Positions 19,457-28,330 of a DNA stretch of 64,000 bases are shown one piece after another (position 1 is the stretch's first letter; every line of letters starts with the position of its first letter). The notes beneath the pieces were generated by a model. The model saw only the letters and a list, made by a program, of their open reading frames with translations, did not search any database and was not told where the DNA came from. This DNA comes from Vulcanimicrobiota bacterium (GTDB lineage: Bacteria; Vulcanimicrobiota; Vulcanimicrobiia; Vulcanimicrobiales; Vulcanimicrobiaceae): positions 608,001 through 672,000 of the forward strand of contig OY968762.1 of the NCBI GenBank assembly GCA_963695225.1, read 5' to 3'. Both the position numbers and the translations under genes were made by a program.

Positions 19457-19505
19457 CGGCCTCACGTGGCGGCACTTGACGCGCACAGCGTAGCGCTCGA
19501 AAGCG

Positions 19506-19620
19506 CGGTTGCCATTCGGTTGCCATCAATGGCAACCGCCAGCGACTTTCGGTGACCAATTTGGCCCCGGTAAATTGCGATTTGACGAGGGAATCCGGTC
19601 ATCGGTGACCCTCGGTGACC
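19506..19620. repeat. Short repeats next to the att core (integrase arm-type-site-like)
   Basis: CGGTTGCCAT x2 plus inverted ATGGCAACCG (19506-19538); TCGGTGACC x3 (19549, 19602, 19612). Confidence 0.6.
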
Positions 19621-19628
19621 GTAAGGCA

Positions 19629-19656
19629 GTGGGTTCAAATCCCACCTTCCCCACCA
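19629..19656 (+). repeat. att core: duplicated tRNA-Leu 3' end retaining CCA
   Basis: Exact copy of the last 25 nt of the tRNA followed by CCA. Confidence 0.9.
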
Positions 19657-19721
19657 GTGCCGCAGTGCCGGGCTGTATCCCGGCCGGCTGCGCGGGCGAA
19701 CTCTTCCGCCGCTTCAGCGCC

Positions 19722-19901
19722 TCACTCGTGCGACTTCGAGATCATCTCGAACATCTTGATGTTGATCAGGATGAAGCGCACGATCTGCCAAGGCACGAAC
19801 GTCCTGAGGGCTTTCGTTCGGGGCGTCGGCTGCGGAGCAAACAATCCTTCGCTCTGCGGCCCCGCGGGATCTCTGTCGGTCTCCGGCATCATGTTTTTCA
19901 T
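19722..19901 (-). CDS. Small SQR-associated protein (59 aa)
   Basis: ATG overlaps sqr TGA; amphipathic PTPRTKALRTFVPWQIVRFILINIKM. Confidence 0.65.
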   Translation of the reverse strand: MKNMMPETDRDPAGPQSEGLFAPQPTPRTKALRTFVPWQIVRFILINIKMFEMISKSHE

Positions 19902-21349
19902 TCTGGAATGAACGTCCAACCCGGCATTGCTTTGGCTTTGTAGAGAAACGCGTGGTGCAAGATGCGTTTGATCCAGTGCGCACCAAGACCGATCTCACCG
20001 AACGTGAAGCGCAGGTCGCGCCCGTGCTCCGGAAACCGCGCGTAGTCCGGTACGATCGGGTACATCGTCATCGCCGCCGCCGTCCCGCCGAGAAGGCTCG
20101 CGCCGGCAGAAGCAACGCAGGCTGCGCCCATCCGCGCCATCGACGCGTGATGCGCCGTACTCAGGCTCCCGCGCTCGATCATCTCGGCGATGCTGCGAGC
20201 GACCGTCAGGCCCATGACGCCGGAGGGCATCCCGGTGCGCGGCGGCGACGGCACGATCGGCGTGCCGTTCGGGCTCTTGTAGGGTTTCGAGATCTGGTGA
20301 GGGGGCGCGAACGCGATGCCGATCGCGAAAACGTTGGGGAAATGCGGCGTTTGGTATGAGGACGGCCAGTCAGCCGCCTTCCACTCCTCGAACGGTTTCG
20401 CGGTGTAATCGGCGTCGACTCGCATGAACCCGCTCGGCGCGAACAGGTCGGCCGTGATCTCGGTTCCGCCGCGGTTGAACGCACGCAAGCCGACGCCGCC
20501 GAACGGCGGCAGGAGCATCGCGAAATCGAAGCGCTGGGTGCGATGCTCGCCGTCGAGTGTCTCGTAGTGCACCTCCCCCGGATCGACGCGCTCGACGTGA
20601 GCGCGCGTGATCCAGCGAATGCCACGTTCCGTGTAGAGCGATTCCGCCCACAGCTTGCTGTGCGTGAAATAGCCGTTCACCTGCATGTGCAGCCCTGCGA
20701 CGCCGAAATCCCCGAGTTCGTGTTCGTTCGAGATGTAGATGATGTCCGCGAGCTGACGGACGCCGCGCTGACGCAGTTCGTATTCCACGTTGAATACGTA
20801 CTCGAACGCGGCGCCCTCGCAGGTGCAAAGCCCGTGGCTCGTGCCGATCAGAAGCGTCTGCCGTTCACCGCCGCGCATCCGCTGGATCGATGCATCCAAG
20901 GCGCGCGAGGCCTCGTCGGCGTGCCCGTACGTGCAGACCGAGAGACTGTTCTTGCCCGGCCCGAGGCCTTCGACCGCGGCGAAATTCAGCTTCGGTCCGG
21001 TCGCATTCACCAAGAAGTCGTATGGAATGCGCTCCGTCCGCGCCTGCCCGCTCGTATGCTCGACCTCCACGAACGGTGTCGCACTCTGCGCATCGCCTTC
21101 CGGATAGATGCGGAGCGCCTTGGCCTGGACGAACGTGATCCCGAGCTTGCGGTAGACGGGAGCGAGGGGAAAGGTCACGTCCTCGCCGCGCATGAGGCCG
21201 ACGCCGACCCAAATGTTCGACGGGATCCAGTTCCATTTGCTGTTCGGCGAGACGACGATGACCTCGTGGCGCCGGTGCAGCCGTTCGCGCAGCCGCGTCG
21301 CAGCCGTATGCCCAGATATCCCGGCGCCGAGAATGACGACCCGACTCAT
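19898..21349 (-). CDS. sqr: Sulfide:quinone oxidoreductase
   Basis: VVILGAGISG FAD motif, WIPSNIWVGVG, SVCT, CTCEGAAFEY, PPRTGMPS, ACVASAG. Confidence 0.88.
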   Translation of the reverse strand: MSRVVILGAGISGHTAATRLRERLHRRHEVIVVSPNSKWNWIPSNIWVGVGLMRGEDVTFPLAPVYRKLGITFVQAKALRIYPEGDAQSATPFVEVEHTSGQARTERIPYDFLVNATGPKLNFAAVEGLGPGKNSLSVCTYGHADEASRALDASIQRMRGGERQTLLIGTSHGLCTCEGAAFEYVFNVEYELRQRGVRQLADIIYISNEHELGDFGVAGLHMQVNGYFTHSKLWAESLYTERGIRWITRAHVERVDPGEVHYETLDGEHRTQRFDFAMLLPPFGGVGLRAFNRGGTEITADLFAPSGFMRVDADYTAKPFEEWKAADWPSSYQTPHFPNVFAIGIAFAPPHQISKPYKSPNGTPIVPSPPRTGMPSGVMGLTVARSIAEMIERGSLSTAHHASMARMGAACVASAGASLLGGTAAAMTMYPIVPDYARFPEHGRDLRFTFGEIGLGAHWIKRILHHAFLYKAKAMPGWTFIPE

Positions 21350-21436
21350 GAGAGCAAGCTGCGCTCCTTTTGGGGAAAAGGTTTCTGCTGTCGGACGAGG
21401 AGCCGAAACAAAGCTCGCCCGGCCCAGGCGCCTAGT

Positions 21437-21452
21437 ATACCCCCTAGGGTAC
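21437..21452. promoter_or_regulatory. CsoR/CstR-type operator upstream of sqr
   Basis: ATACCCCCTAGGGTAC. Confidence 0.65.
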
Positions 21453-21602
21453 TAGAAAGCCAGGGCTTCTGCGAAACGCCTCTTTATGCGAATCCCCAAT
21501 CCGCGCAGGCCGCCCGGTCACATCGCCGGCCGGGAACGCCGCTCGAGGCGCCGGTTGCGCGGCTGCAGGACGGATCGGCGCGGCAGTCGCCGGCCGCGTG
21601 CG

Positions 21603-21827
21603 TCAGCCGCGCGCTTCGCGGATCCCCCGGCCGTTGAGCGGTAACCCGAATACGGGGCCGAGCAGGCACAAATCGAAAGCGCCGGCGGCGATCGGGACGA
21701 GGCCGACGATCGCAAGGACGGTCCCGCCGGTCGAATGCATCGCGTAACCCCAGGCGACGAGTGCAGCGCCGACGGCGACGCGAGCGAGGCGCCCTGCGGG
21801 GCTCGACATGAACTTAGCGATAGGCAC
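21603..21827 (-). CDS. DUF2892/YgaP-like small membrane protein
   Basis: Two TMs, GRLARVAVG...GAFDLCLLGPVFG; AAGGAG RBS. Confidence 0.8.
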   Translation of the reverse strand: MPIAKFMSSPAGRLARVAVGAALVAWGYAMHSTGGTVLAIVGLVPIAAGAFDLCLLGPVFGLPLNGRGIREARG

Positions 21828-21829
21828 GA

Positions 21830-22228
21830 TCAGGTTCTCCTTGCGCTACTGCGCGCTGGGCGTGGTTTCAAACAGGCTTCGCAGGAACCGGTGACGAGCA
21901 AGCCGCGACGGACGAGATTCTCGCCGAGTTGCGCTTGCAAATCTTCGAAGATCGCATCGGAGACGAGGATGTCGCGAATGCCGCCGCACTTCGTGCAGTG
22001 GAAGTGATCGTGCGGTGCGAGGTTCGCATCGAGCGTCGTACCGCCGGCGAGCGTCGGCCCGCGGGCGATCTCGCCGGCCTCGGCGAGGCGGTTCGTGATT
22101 CGATGGACGGTCGTCGCCGTGAGCTCGGGGAACGCCGGAAGGAGGCACTGCAGGAGTTCGCTATTGGCCGCATGCCCGAGGCGGCGAACCCAGTGGAGCA
22201 CGGCACGCGTTTGTGGCGTCAGCCGCAT
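21830..22228 (-). CDS. Fur/PerR-family transcriptional regulator
   Basis: RLTPQ, TTVHRITNRL, HDHFHCTKCG, GSCEAC. Confidence 0.85.
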   Translation of the reverse strand: MRLTPQTRAVLHWVRRLGHAANSELLQCLLPAFPELTATTVHRITNRLAEAGEIARGPTLAGGTTLDANLAPHDHFHCTKCGGIRDILVSDAIFEDLQAQLGENLVRRGLLVTGSCEACLKPRPARSSARRT

Positions 22229-22234
22229 GCGCAC

Positions 22235-22264
22235 AGTTTACAGCAAACTATTTACAACTGTCAA
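22235..22264 (-). promoter_or_regulatory. Sigma70 promoter for the Fur-family gene (probably leaderless)
   Basis: TTGACA-18nt-TAAACT with TG extension, 6 nt before ATG; overlaps TTTACA repeats at 22237 and 22251, with a third copy at 22268. Confidence 0.6.
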
Positions 22265-22298
22265 TCATTTACACATGCAACGATACGCAGCGGAGCGG

Positions 22299-22892
22299 TC
22301 AGCCGGCGTTCGGGGTGACGACGAGGGCGTAGTGATACGGAAAGCTCGACACTCCGATGTCGATCAGGCCGCTTTCCCGAAGGCGGCGGCGAGCCTCTTC
22401 GACTCCATAGACATGCTCGCGCGGCGGGCCGTGCGGCCGTTCGGCGTCGGCGTTCCAATCGACGACGAGCGCCTTCCCCCCGCTAGCCAACAGACCCCGC
22501 AGTTCGGCGAGCGAGGCGTCACCGAGTTCGTGCAGCACGTTGAGCGCGAGGACGCGGTCGACGCGGCCCTTCAGCTGGGCGAGTTCGGCCGGCTCGATCG
22601 GCGTCACGTTCGCAACGTCGCTCTTCGTAAGCTTCTCCCGCAGGTACGCGAGCATCGCTTCGCTCTCGTCAAGCGCGTACACGAAGGCGGCGGGGCGGGC
22701 CCGTGCGATCTCGATCGCGTAGGCGCCGGTTCCGGCGCCAAAATCGACGAGCGTGGCGCCTTCCGCAAGGTCAAGCAGCGCCAGTAGCGCCGCCGGCGGA
22801 ACGTATTCAAAGCGTGCCGGGTCATCGAGCCGCGCCGCGCGACCCGGATCGAATCGCTCGGGCTGTTTCGCACCGTGCCGATCGTCGTGCAT
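22299..22892 (-). CDS. Class I SAM-dependent methyltransferase
   Basis: LVDFGAGTG, YALDESEAM, LNVLHEL, VVDW; start uncertain. Confidence 0.85.
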   Translation of the reverse strand: MHDDRHGAKQPERFDPGRAARLDDPARFEYVPPAALLALLDLAEGATLVDFGAGTGAYAIEIARARPAAFVYALDESEAMLAYLREKLTKSDVANVTPIEPAELAQLKGRVDRVLALNVLHELGDASLAELRGLLASGGKALVVDWNADAERPHGPPREHVYGVEEARRRLRESGLIDIGVSSFPYHYALVVTPNAG

Positions 22893-23089
22893 GAAATGAG
22901 AGCCTCCCATAGACGTCCGCCGCCCTTGCTTCACGGTGCCGTTGCGTCGTTCTTCCAAGACCTCCGCACGGCCGCCGTGAAGCAGCGCCGAGTGCCTACG
23001 TGCTTCGATCCCATAGCCGTCCGCGCCGAAGGATCGCGCGGGGCTCGCCGGAACGAGTTTCCCATTCTGGCCAAGGAACAACGGTGACG

Positions 23090-23503
23090 ATGGACGCTTG
23101 GCACCGGATCGCCGGGCTCGTACGATGCCTCATCACGGCGCTCGCGCTCGCGGCAGCGATCGCGGCGGTACCGGCCCAAGCCGACGAGCTAGTCATGTTC
23201 CAACTCAAAGGCTGCCCATATTGCCGCGCCTGGAATACCGACGTCGGCCGCATTTACGCGAAGACCGACGAGGCGAAACGGCTGCCGCTGCGCCGCATCG
23301 ACCTCCTCGCCCAGCGGCCGCCGGAATTGCGCACGATCGCACCGATTCGCTACACGCCGACGTTCATCGTCATGCACTGCGGCCAGGAAATTCGTCGCAT
23401 CGAAGGTTACCGCAGCCCGGATCAATTTTGGGGGCTCCTCGACAGCGCGATCGCCGCCATCGACGAGGCGCGCCCGCAGGAGCGCGCAGCCTGCCCGAAA
23501 TGA
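23090..23503 (+). CDS. soxS: Periplasmic thioredoxin-like protein (SoxS-like)
   Basis: Signal peptide AQA-DE, GCPYC, YAKTDEAKRLPLRRIDL, YTPTF, RIEGY; upstream of sox genes. Confidence 0.75.
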   Translation: MDAWHRIAGLVRCLITALALAAAIAAVPAQADELVMFQLKGCPYCRAWNTDVGRIYAKTDEAKRLPLRRIDLLAQRPPELRTIAPIRYTPTFIVMHCGQEIRRIEGYRSPDQFWGLLDSAIAAIDEARPQERAACPK

Positions 23504-23727
23504 ACGCCGGAGCAGCTTCTTCTCGAATTGTGATGCCGCGCATCACTAAATTTGAACTCAAAGCACGAGCAAGCACGCAGCGCAGATTCGGCGCGTAAAC
23601 GCTTCGCAAGCAGCGGAGGAAAACGCGGTGACACGGCGGAACGAACCGCGCCCATACTGCTAGCGATCGGCCGTTCGTTACGAACGGTGCGCCGCAATTA
23701 GCTTACTCAAGTTCGCGTGGGTGCTGC

Positions 23728-25074
23728 ATGGGCGATTTGACTCGGCGTGATCTCATCAAGCTCGGCGGATTCGCCGCGGCATCGACGGCGGTAGCGGCGG
23801 CAAGCGTCAGCCCGCCCGCCGCCGTCGCCTCCCCGACAGGTCCCATGGTCAACATGGATCGGCAAGCCCGGCTGCCGAAGGCAAAGGGGCCAAGGCTCGT
23901 CGTCGTCGGCGCCGGCACCTCGGGCCTCACGATCGCGAAGTACGCGAAGCGCGAGTATCCGAAGTTCGACGTCGTTCTCGTCGAGAAGCGCGATATGTAC
24001 TCATCGTGCTTCACGAGCAACTTATGGTACGCCGATCTGATCGATCTCGAGTTTCTCGCGGATCACAGCTTCCTCGACGCCGCGGTGAACAACAATTACA
24101 CGTTCTTCAGCGCAGCCGCCATCGGCCTCGACCGTGCGAGCCGTAAGCTCTACACGACCGAAGGCGCAATCGACTACGACTTCCTGGTTCTCTCGCCGGG
24201 CCTCGACTACGACTACAAGCGCATCGGCGTCAACGATCCGGAAACCGAGTACGCCCTGCGCGACGCCTATCCGGGCGGATTCATGAGGCCGACCGAACAC
24301 GTGACTATTCGAAAGAAAGTTCGCGGGTTCGAAGGCGGCGTGTTCGTGCAAACCGTCCCGGGCGGCAATTACCGCTGCCTGCCGGCTCCCTACGAGCGCG
24401 CCTGCATGATCGCGTCCTTCTTCAAGAAGAATAAGATCAAGGGAAAGGTGCTCGTCCTCGACGAGAACCCGGAGATCACGATCAAGGCGAAGGGCTTCCA
24501 CGCGGCCTTCAACGAGCTCTACAAAGACATCATCGTCTACAAGTCGTCGGTGCAGATCAAGGGCGTCGATCCTCAGAAAAAACTCATCCAGACCGATTTC
24601 GACTCGATTGCCTTCGACGACGCTGCGATCTACCCGGGCGTGCGCGCCTCGACGCTGATCGAATACTTCGGCCTGTCGGATCCCAACAGCCTACAGAAAG
24701 AAGCCGCCATCGATCCGTTCAAGTACAACGTGATCGGCGACGAACGCGTCTACGTTACCGGGGATTCACGTCCGCATCCGTATTCGAAGAGTGCGAACAC
24801 ATCGAACAGCGAAGGCAAGTACGTCGCGAAAGTGCTCGCGGCGCGGGCGCAGGGCAAAGACATCAACTGGTACACGCCCGAGACGCTCTGTTACTCGATG
24901 GTGAACGCCTCGCCGATGGAGGCCATCTCGGTCGATGCCTTCTACGCCTATGACCCGCAGACCAAGTCATTCAGCTTCTCAAAGGATACCAAAGTCTACG
25001 ATACGCGGGATCAGGCGCAGGGCCGAGCCACGCTCGAATGGGCGAAGGGCATCCAGCGAGACATCTTGACCTGA
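23728..25074 (+). CDS. soxF: Flavocytochrome c sulfide dehydrogenase flavoprotein subunit (SoxF/FccB)
   Basis: Tat signal TRRDLIK, VVVGAG, SCFTSNL, YRCLPAPYERA, TLCYS. Confidence 0.85.
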   Translation: MGDLTRRDLIKLGGFAAASTAVAAASVSPPAAVASPTGPMVNMDRQARLPKAKGPRLVVVGAGTSGLTIAKYAKREYPKFDVVLVEKRDMYSSCFTSNLWYADLIDLEFLADHSFLDAAVNNNYTFFSAAAIGLDRASRKLYTTEGAIDYDFLVLSPGLDYDYKRIGVNDPETEYALRDAYPGGFMRPTEHVTIRKKVRGFEGGVFVQTVPGGNYRCLPAPYERACMIASFFKKNKIKGKVLVLDENPEITIKAKGFHAAFNELYKDIIVYKSSVQIKGVDPQKKLIQTDFDSIAFDDAAIYPGVRASTLIEYFGLSDPNSLQKEAAIDPFKYNVIGDERVYVTGDSRPHPYSKSANTSNSEGKYVAKVLAARAQGKDINWYTPETLCYSMVNASPMEAISVDAFYAYDPQTKSFSFSKDTKVYDTRDQAQGRATLEWAKGIQRDILT

Positions 25075-25736
25075 TGCGGCGAGGATCTTTCGTCACGCTA
25101 TGCGGCGGCGCGCTCGGCGCAGCGCAGCTCGCCGGCCGCCTCACCGCGGCGGCGAGCGCGGCCGAGCTCAAAGAGTTCGGCCGCGTCAAGCTCGTCGACG
25201 CGGCGGGAAACGGCCTGCGAGCCAAGAGTCTGATCACGTCCGAGGCGTACGTTTTCCACTACCCGTATAACGCGACGCCCTGTTTTCTGATCAACCTCGG
25301 GAGAAAAACCGGCAGCGGCGTCGGTCCGAACGGCGGGATCGTCGCCTTTACGGCAATCTGCGCGCACCAACTCTCCTACCCGTCGAAAGATGTCAGCCCG
25401 ATCACCTACGCACCGGAGCACAGTCGCGTCACGGGGCGCGCAGGGGTCATCGTCTGCTGCGCCCACTTGAGCGTCTACGATCCGGCCCAAAACGGCCAGG
25501 TTGTCTCCGGACCGGCGCCGGAGCCGCTGACGGTCATCGCACTCGATTACAACGCGCCGACCGACGAGCTCTACGCTAAGGGCGTGATCGGAAGCGACCG
25601 CTTCGACGACTTTTTCAAGGCCTACAAAGACGATCTCATCGCGGCGCTGGGCCCGGGCGTGCCGCACCGGCTCGTCTCCGACACCTCGACGGCGGTGCCT
25701 CTGAGCAAATTCACGAGCCAGCCGTTGCACTGCTAG
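25074..25736 (+). CDS. Exported Rieske [2Fe-2S] protein
   Basis: MRRGSF Tat-like leader; ICAHQ and CCAHLSVYD Rieske boxes, GPAPEPL; TGATG coupling to soxF. Confidence 0.85.
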   Translation: MRRGSFVTLCGGALGAAQLAGRLTAAASAAELKEFGRVKLVDAAGNGLRAKSLITSEAYVFHYPYNATPCFLINLGRKTGSGVGPNGGIVAFTAICAHQLSYPSKDVSPITYAPEHSRVTGRAGVIVCCAHLSVYDPAQNGQVVSGPAPEPLTVIALDYNAPTDELYAKGVIGSDRFDDFFKAYKDDLIAALGPGVPHRLVSDTSTAVPLSKFTSQPLHC

Positions 25737-25765
25737 CCACGCCGGAACGTTGACGGGGAATTAAG

Positions 25766-26095
25766 ATGAGCAATAAGGTCGAGACGCATTTCAAAGTCCC
25801 GAGCACCGCCCAAAAGGGCGACGTGATCGAGATCAAGACGCTCGCCACGCACCCGATGGTCTCGGGACAAACGAAGGATAAGGACGGAAAGACGATCCCG
25901 CGCGAGATCATCAACACGTTTACCTGTGCCTACAACGGCAAACAGGTATTCAAGATGACGCTCGAGCCGGCGATTTCGATGAATCCGTACATCGCTTTCA
26001 CCATCAAGGCCACTGAAAGCGGCACGCTCGACTTCGCCTGGACCGACGACGACGGCTCGGTATACAAGGATCAGGCAAAGATCACCGTTTCTTGA
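25766..26095 (+). CDS. soxZ: Sulfur carrier subunit SoxZ
   Basis: IEIKTLATHPMVSG, ISMNPYIAF, WTDDDG. Confidence 0.92.
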   Translation: MSNKVETHFKVPSTAQKGDVIEIKTLATHPMVSGQTKDKDGKTIPREIINTFTCAYNGKQVFKMTLEPAISMNPYIAFTIKATESGTLDFAWTDDDGSVYKDQAKITVS

Positions 26096-26103
26096 GGAGT
26101 TCC

Positions 26104-26583
26104 ATGACCGCAGACACACATGCCGGGAGGCCGCTGAGCCGGCGCAGTTTGATCGCATCGGCAGGCGCCGGCGGATGCGTCGCGCTCGCAGCGTGGCTGC
26201 TCCCGCTCCGCGCGAGCGCAACGCCGGAGCAGGCCGAGAAGCTCATCGCATCCTTCGGAACCGGAACGCCGAAAGAGGGCAAAGTGACGCTCGGCGCCCC
26301 CGAGATCGCAGAGAACGGGGCTTCCGTCCCGATCACCATCTCGGTCGATAGTCCGATGACCGACCAAGATTACGTTTCCTCGATCCTCGTGGTGGCGGAC
26401 GGCAACCCCCTTCCGGGCGTTGCGCGCTTCGAGCTCTCGCCCGCAAACGGGGCGGCGAAAGTCGAGATTCGCATTCGCCTCGCTCAGACGCAGACGGTCA
26501 CTGCGGTCGCCGCGATGAACGACGGCTCGCTCTGGAAGGCCTCGAAGACCGTCAAGGTGACCATCGGCGGCTGCGGCGGCTGA
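26104..26583 (+). CDS. soxY: Sulfur carrier subunit SoxY
   Basis: Tat SRRSLI, PEIAENGASVP, C-terminal VKVTIGGCGG. Confidence 0.97.
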   Translation: MTADTHAGRPLSRRSLIASAGAGGCVALAAWLLPLRASATPEQAEKLIASFGTGTPKEGKVTLGAPEIAENGASVPITISVDSPMTDQDYVSSILVVADGNPLPGVARFELSPANGAAKVEIRIRLAQTQTVTAVAAMNDGSLWKASKTVKVTIGGCGG

Positions 26584-28292
26584 TGCTGACGCGGCGCGAT
26601 TTCGTGCAGGTCGCCGCAGCGACGGCGGCCATTACCGGGGCGGCCGGCGGCTTCGCACGCGCCGCCGCCCGTCAAGCGATCTCGCAAGAGGAACTGCTCC
26701 GCTTCGAGCCGCTCGGCCAGGTCACGCTCCTGCACTTCACCGACATTCACGCCCAGCTCGTTCCGCTCTACTATCGCGAGCCGTCCGTCAACATCGGCGT
26801 CGGGGAGGACGCCGGCGCACTTCCCCACCTCACGGGGGCCCGGCTGCTCGAAGCGTTCGGCTTAAAAGCGGGCAGCGCGGAGGCGTACGCTTTTTCGTCG
26901 CAGGACTTCGTCTCGCTCGCACGCGGGTACGGACGAGTCGGCGGGCTCGATCGTATCGCGACGCTCGTCAAGGCGATTCGCGCGGAACGCCCCGGGCAGA
27001 CCCTGCTGCTCGACGGCGGCGATACGTGGCAAGGATCCTTCACTTCGCTCCAAGAGCGAGGTGAAGATATGGTCGCGGCGATGAACTCGCTCGGCGTCGA
27101 TGCGATGACGGCGCACTGGGAGTTCACCTACGGAGCCGACCGCGTCAAAGAACTGAAGGCGAAACTTGCTTTTCCGTTCCTCTGCGGGAACGTGAAGGAC
27201 GCGACCTGGGGTGAGTACGTCTTCGAAAGCACGAAGAAATTCGAACGGGGCGGCTTGCACATCGCCGTCATCGGTCAGGCATTCCCGTATACGCCGATCG
27301 CGAACCCGCGTTGGTTGATGCCGGATTGGTCCTTCGGGATCGAGGAGGACCGCGTCCGCAAAGAAGTCGACGCGGCCCGGGCGGACGGCGCGGATCTCGT
27401 CGTCCTGCTGAGTCATAACGGCTTCGACGTCGATCGTAAACTCGCGCAGCGCGTCGCCGGGATCGACGTCATCCTCACGGGACACACGCACGATGCGATT
27501 CCGGCACCGGTGCTCGTAGGGAACACGATCCTCATCGCATCCGGCTCGCACGGCAAGTTTCTCTCGCGCCTCGACCTCGACGTGAAGGGCGGCCGGGTCG
27601 TCGGCCATCGCTTTCGCTTGATACCCGTCCTAAGCGATGCGATCGCGCCGGATCCCGAGACCGCGGCGTTGGTGGCCTCGATCCGTAAGCCGTACAAAGC
27701 GCAACTCGATCGCGTGCTCGGAACGACCGACACGCTGCTCTATCGGCGCGGAAATTTCAACGGCACGTTCGACGATTTGATTTGCGATGCGCTGCTGGCG
27801 GAGCGCGACGCGGAAATCGCTCTCTCGCCGGGATTCCGCTGGGGCGCGACCCTCCTGCCGGGGCAGGAGATCAGGCTCGAGGACGTCTTCTCGCAGACCG
27901 CGATCACGTATCCCGCCGCCTACCGGGTGCCGATGACGGGGGCGATGCTGCGGACCGCGCTTGAAGATATCGCCGACAATCTTTTCAACCCGGACCCGTA
28001 CTATCAGCAGGGCGGCGACATGGTTCGGGTCGGCGGTCTATCGTACGCGATCGACGTTCGGCGGCCGGCTGGCCGGCGCATCTCCGAGATGACGCTCTTG
28101 CGCACCGGTAAGCCGATCGACCCTGCAAAGTCTTACATGGTCACCGGTTGGGCTTCGGTCAATGCAGGCACCGAGGGACCGCCGGTCTACGACGTCGTCC
28201 GCCGTTACATCGAGCGCAAGAAAGTCATCGCCCTTCCGCATCGCCAGTTGGCACGCGTCGTCGGCGCCGATCCCCGCGGCATCGCTCCTTAG
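26583..28292 (+). CDS. soxB: Thiosulfohydrolase SoxB
   Basis: TRRDF Tat, TDIHAQL, DGGDTWQGS, HWEFT, LSHNG, GHTHD, NPDPYYQQGGDMVR. Confidence 0.96.
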   Translation: MLTRRDFVQVAAATAAITGAAGGFARAAARQAISQEELLRFEPLGQVTLLHFTDIHAQLVPLYYREPSVNIGVGEDAGALPHLTGARLLEAFGLKAGSAEAYAFSSQDFVSLARGYGRVGGLDRIATLVKAIRAERPGQTLLLDGGDTWQGSFTSLQERGEDMVAAMNSLGVDAMTAHWEFTYGADRVKELKAKLAFPFLCGNVKDATWGEYVFESTKKFERGGLHIAVIGQAFPYTPIANPRWLMPDWSFGIEEDRVRKEVDAARADGADLVVLLSHNGFDVDRKLAQRVAGIDVILTGHTHDAIPAPVLVGNTILIASGSHGKFLSRLDLDVKGGRVVGHRFRLIPVLSDAIAPDPETAALVASIRKPYKAQLDRVLGTTDTLLYRRGNFNGTFDDLICDALLAERDAEIALSPGFRWGATLLPGQEIRLEDVFSQTAITYPAAYRVPMTGAMLRTALEDIADNLFNPDPYYQQGGDMVRVGGLSYAIDVRRPAGRRISEMTLLRTGKPIDPAKSYMVTGWASVNAGTEGPPVYDVVRRYIERKKVIALPHRQLARVVGADPRGIAP

Positions 28293-28330
28293 CCGTTTGC
28301 ACACCCGCCCTGCACACGTGGAGAACTGAC

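Larger units (their letters stand above)
18554..19656. mobile_element. Integrase-less mini-island inserted at the tRNA-Leu 3' end
   Basis: Identical 25-bp direct repeat GTGGGTTCAAATCCCACCTTCCCCA at 18554-18578 and 19629-19653, flanking a TA module. Confidence 0.8.

Noticed and set aside
19506..19620. Short repeats as a possible CRISPR array
   Set aside because: Units are 9-10 bp, irregularly spaced, with no spacers or cas genes; no CRISPR array seen in the window
19629..19656. Second tRNA gene
   Set aside because: Only the T arm and acceptor 3' strand are present; it is the att duplicate
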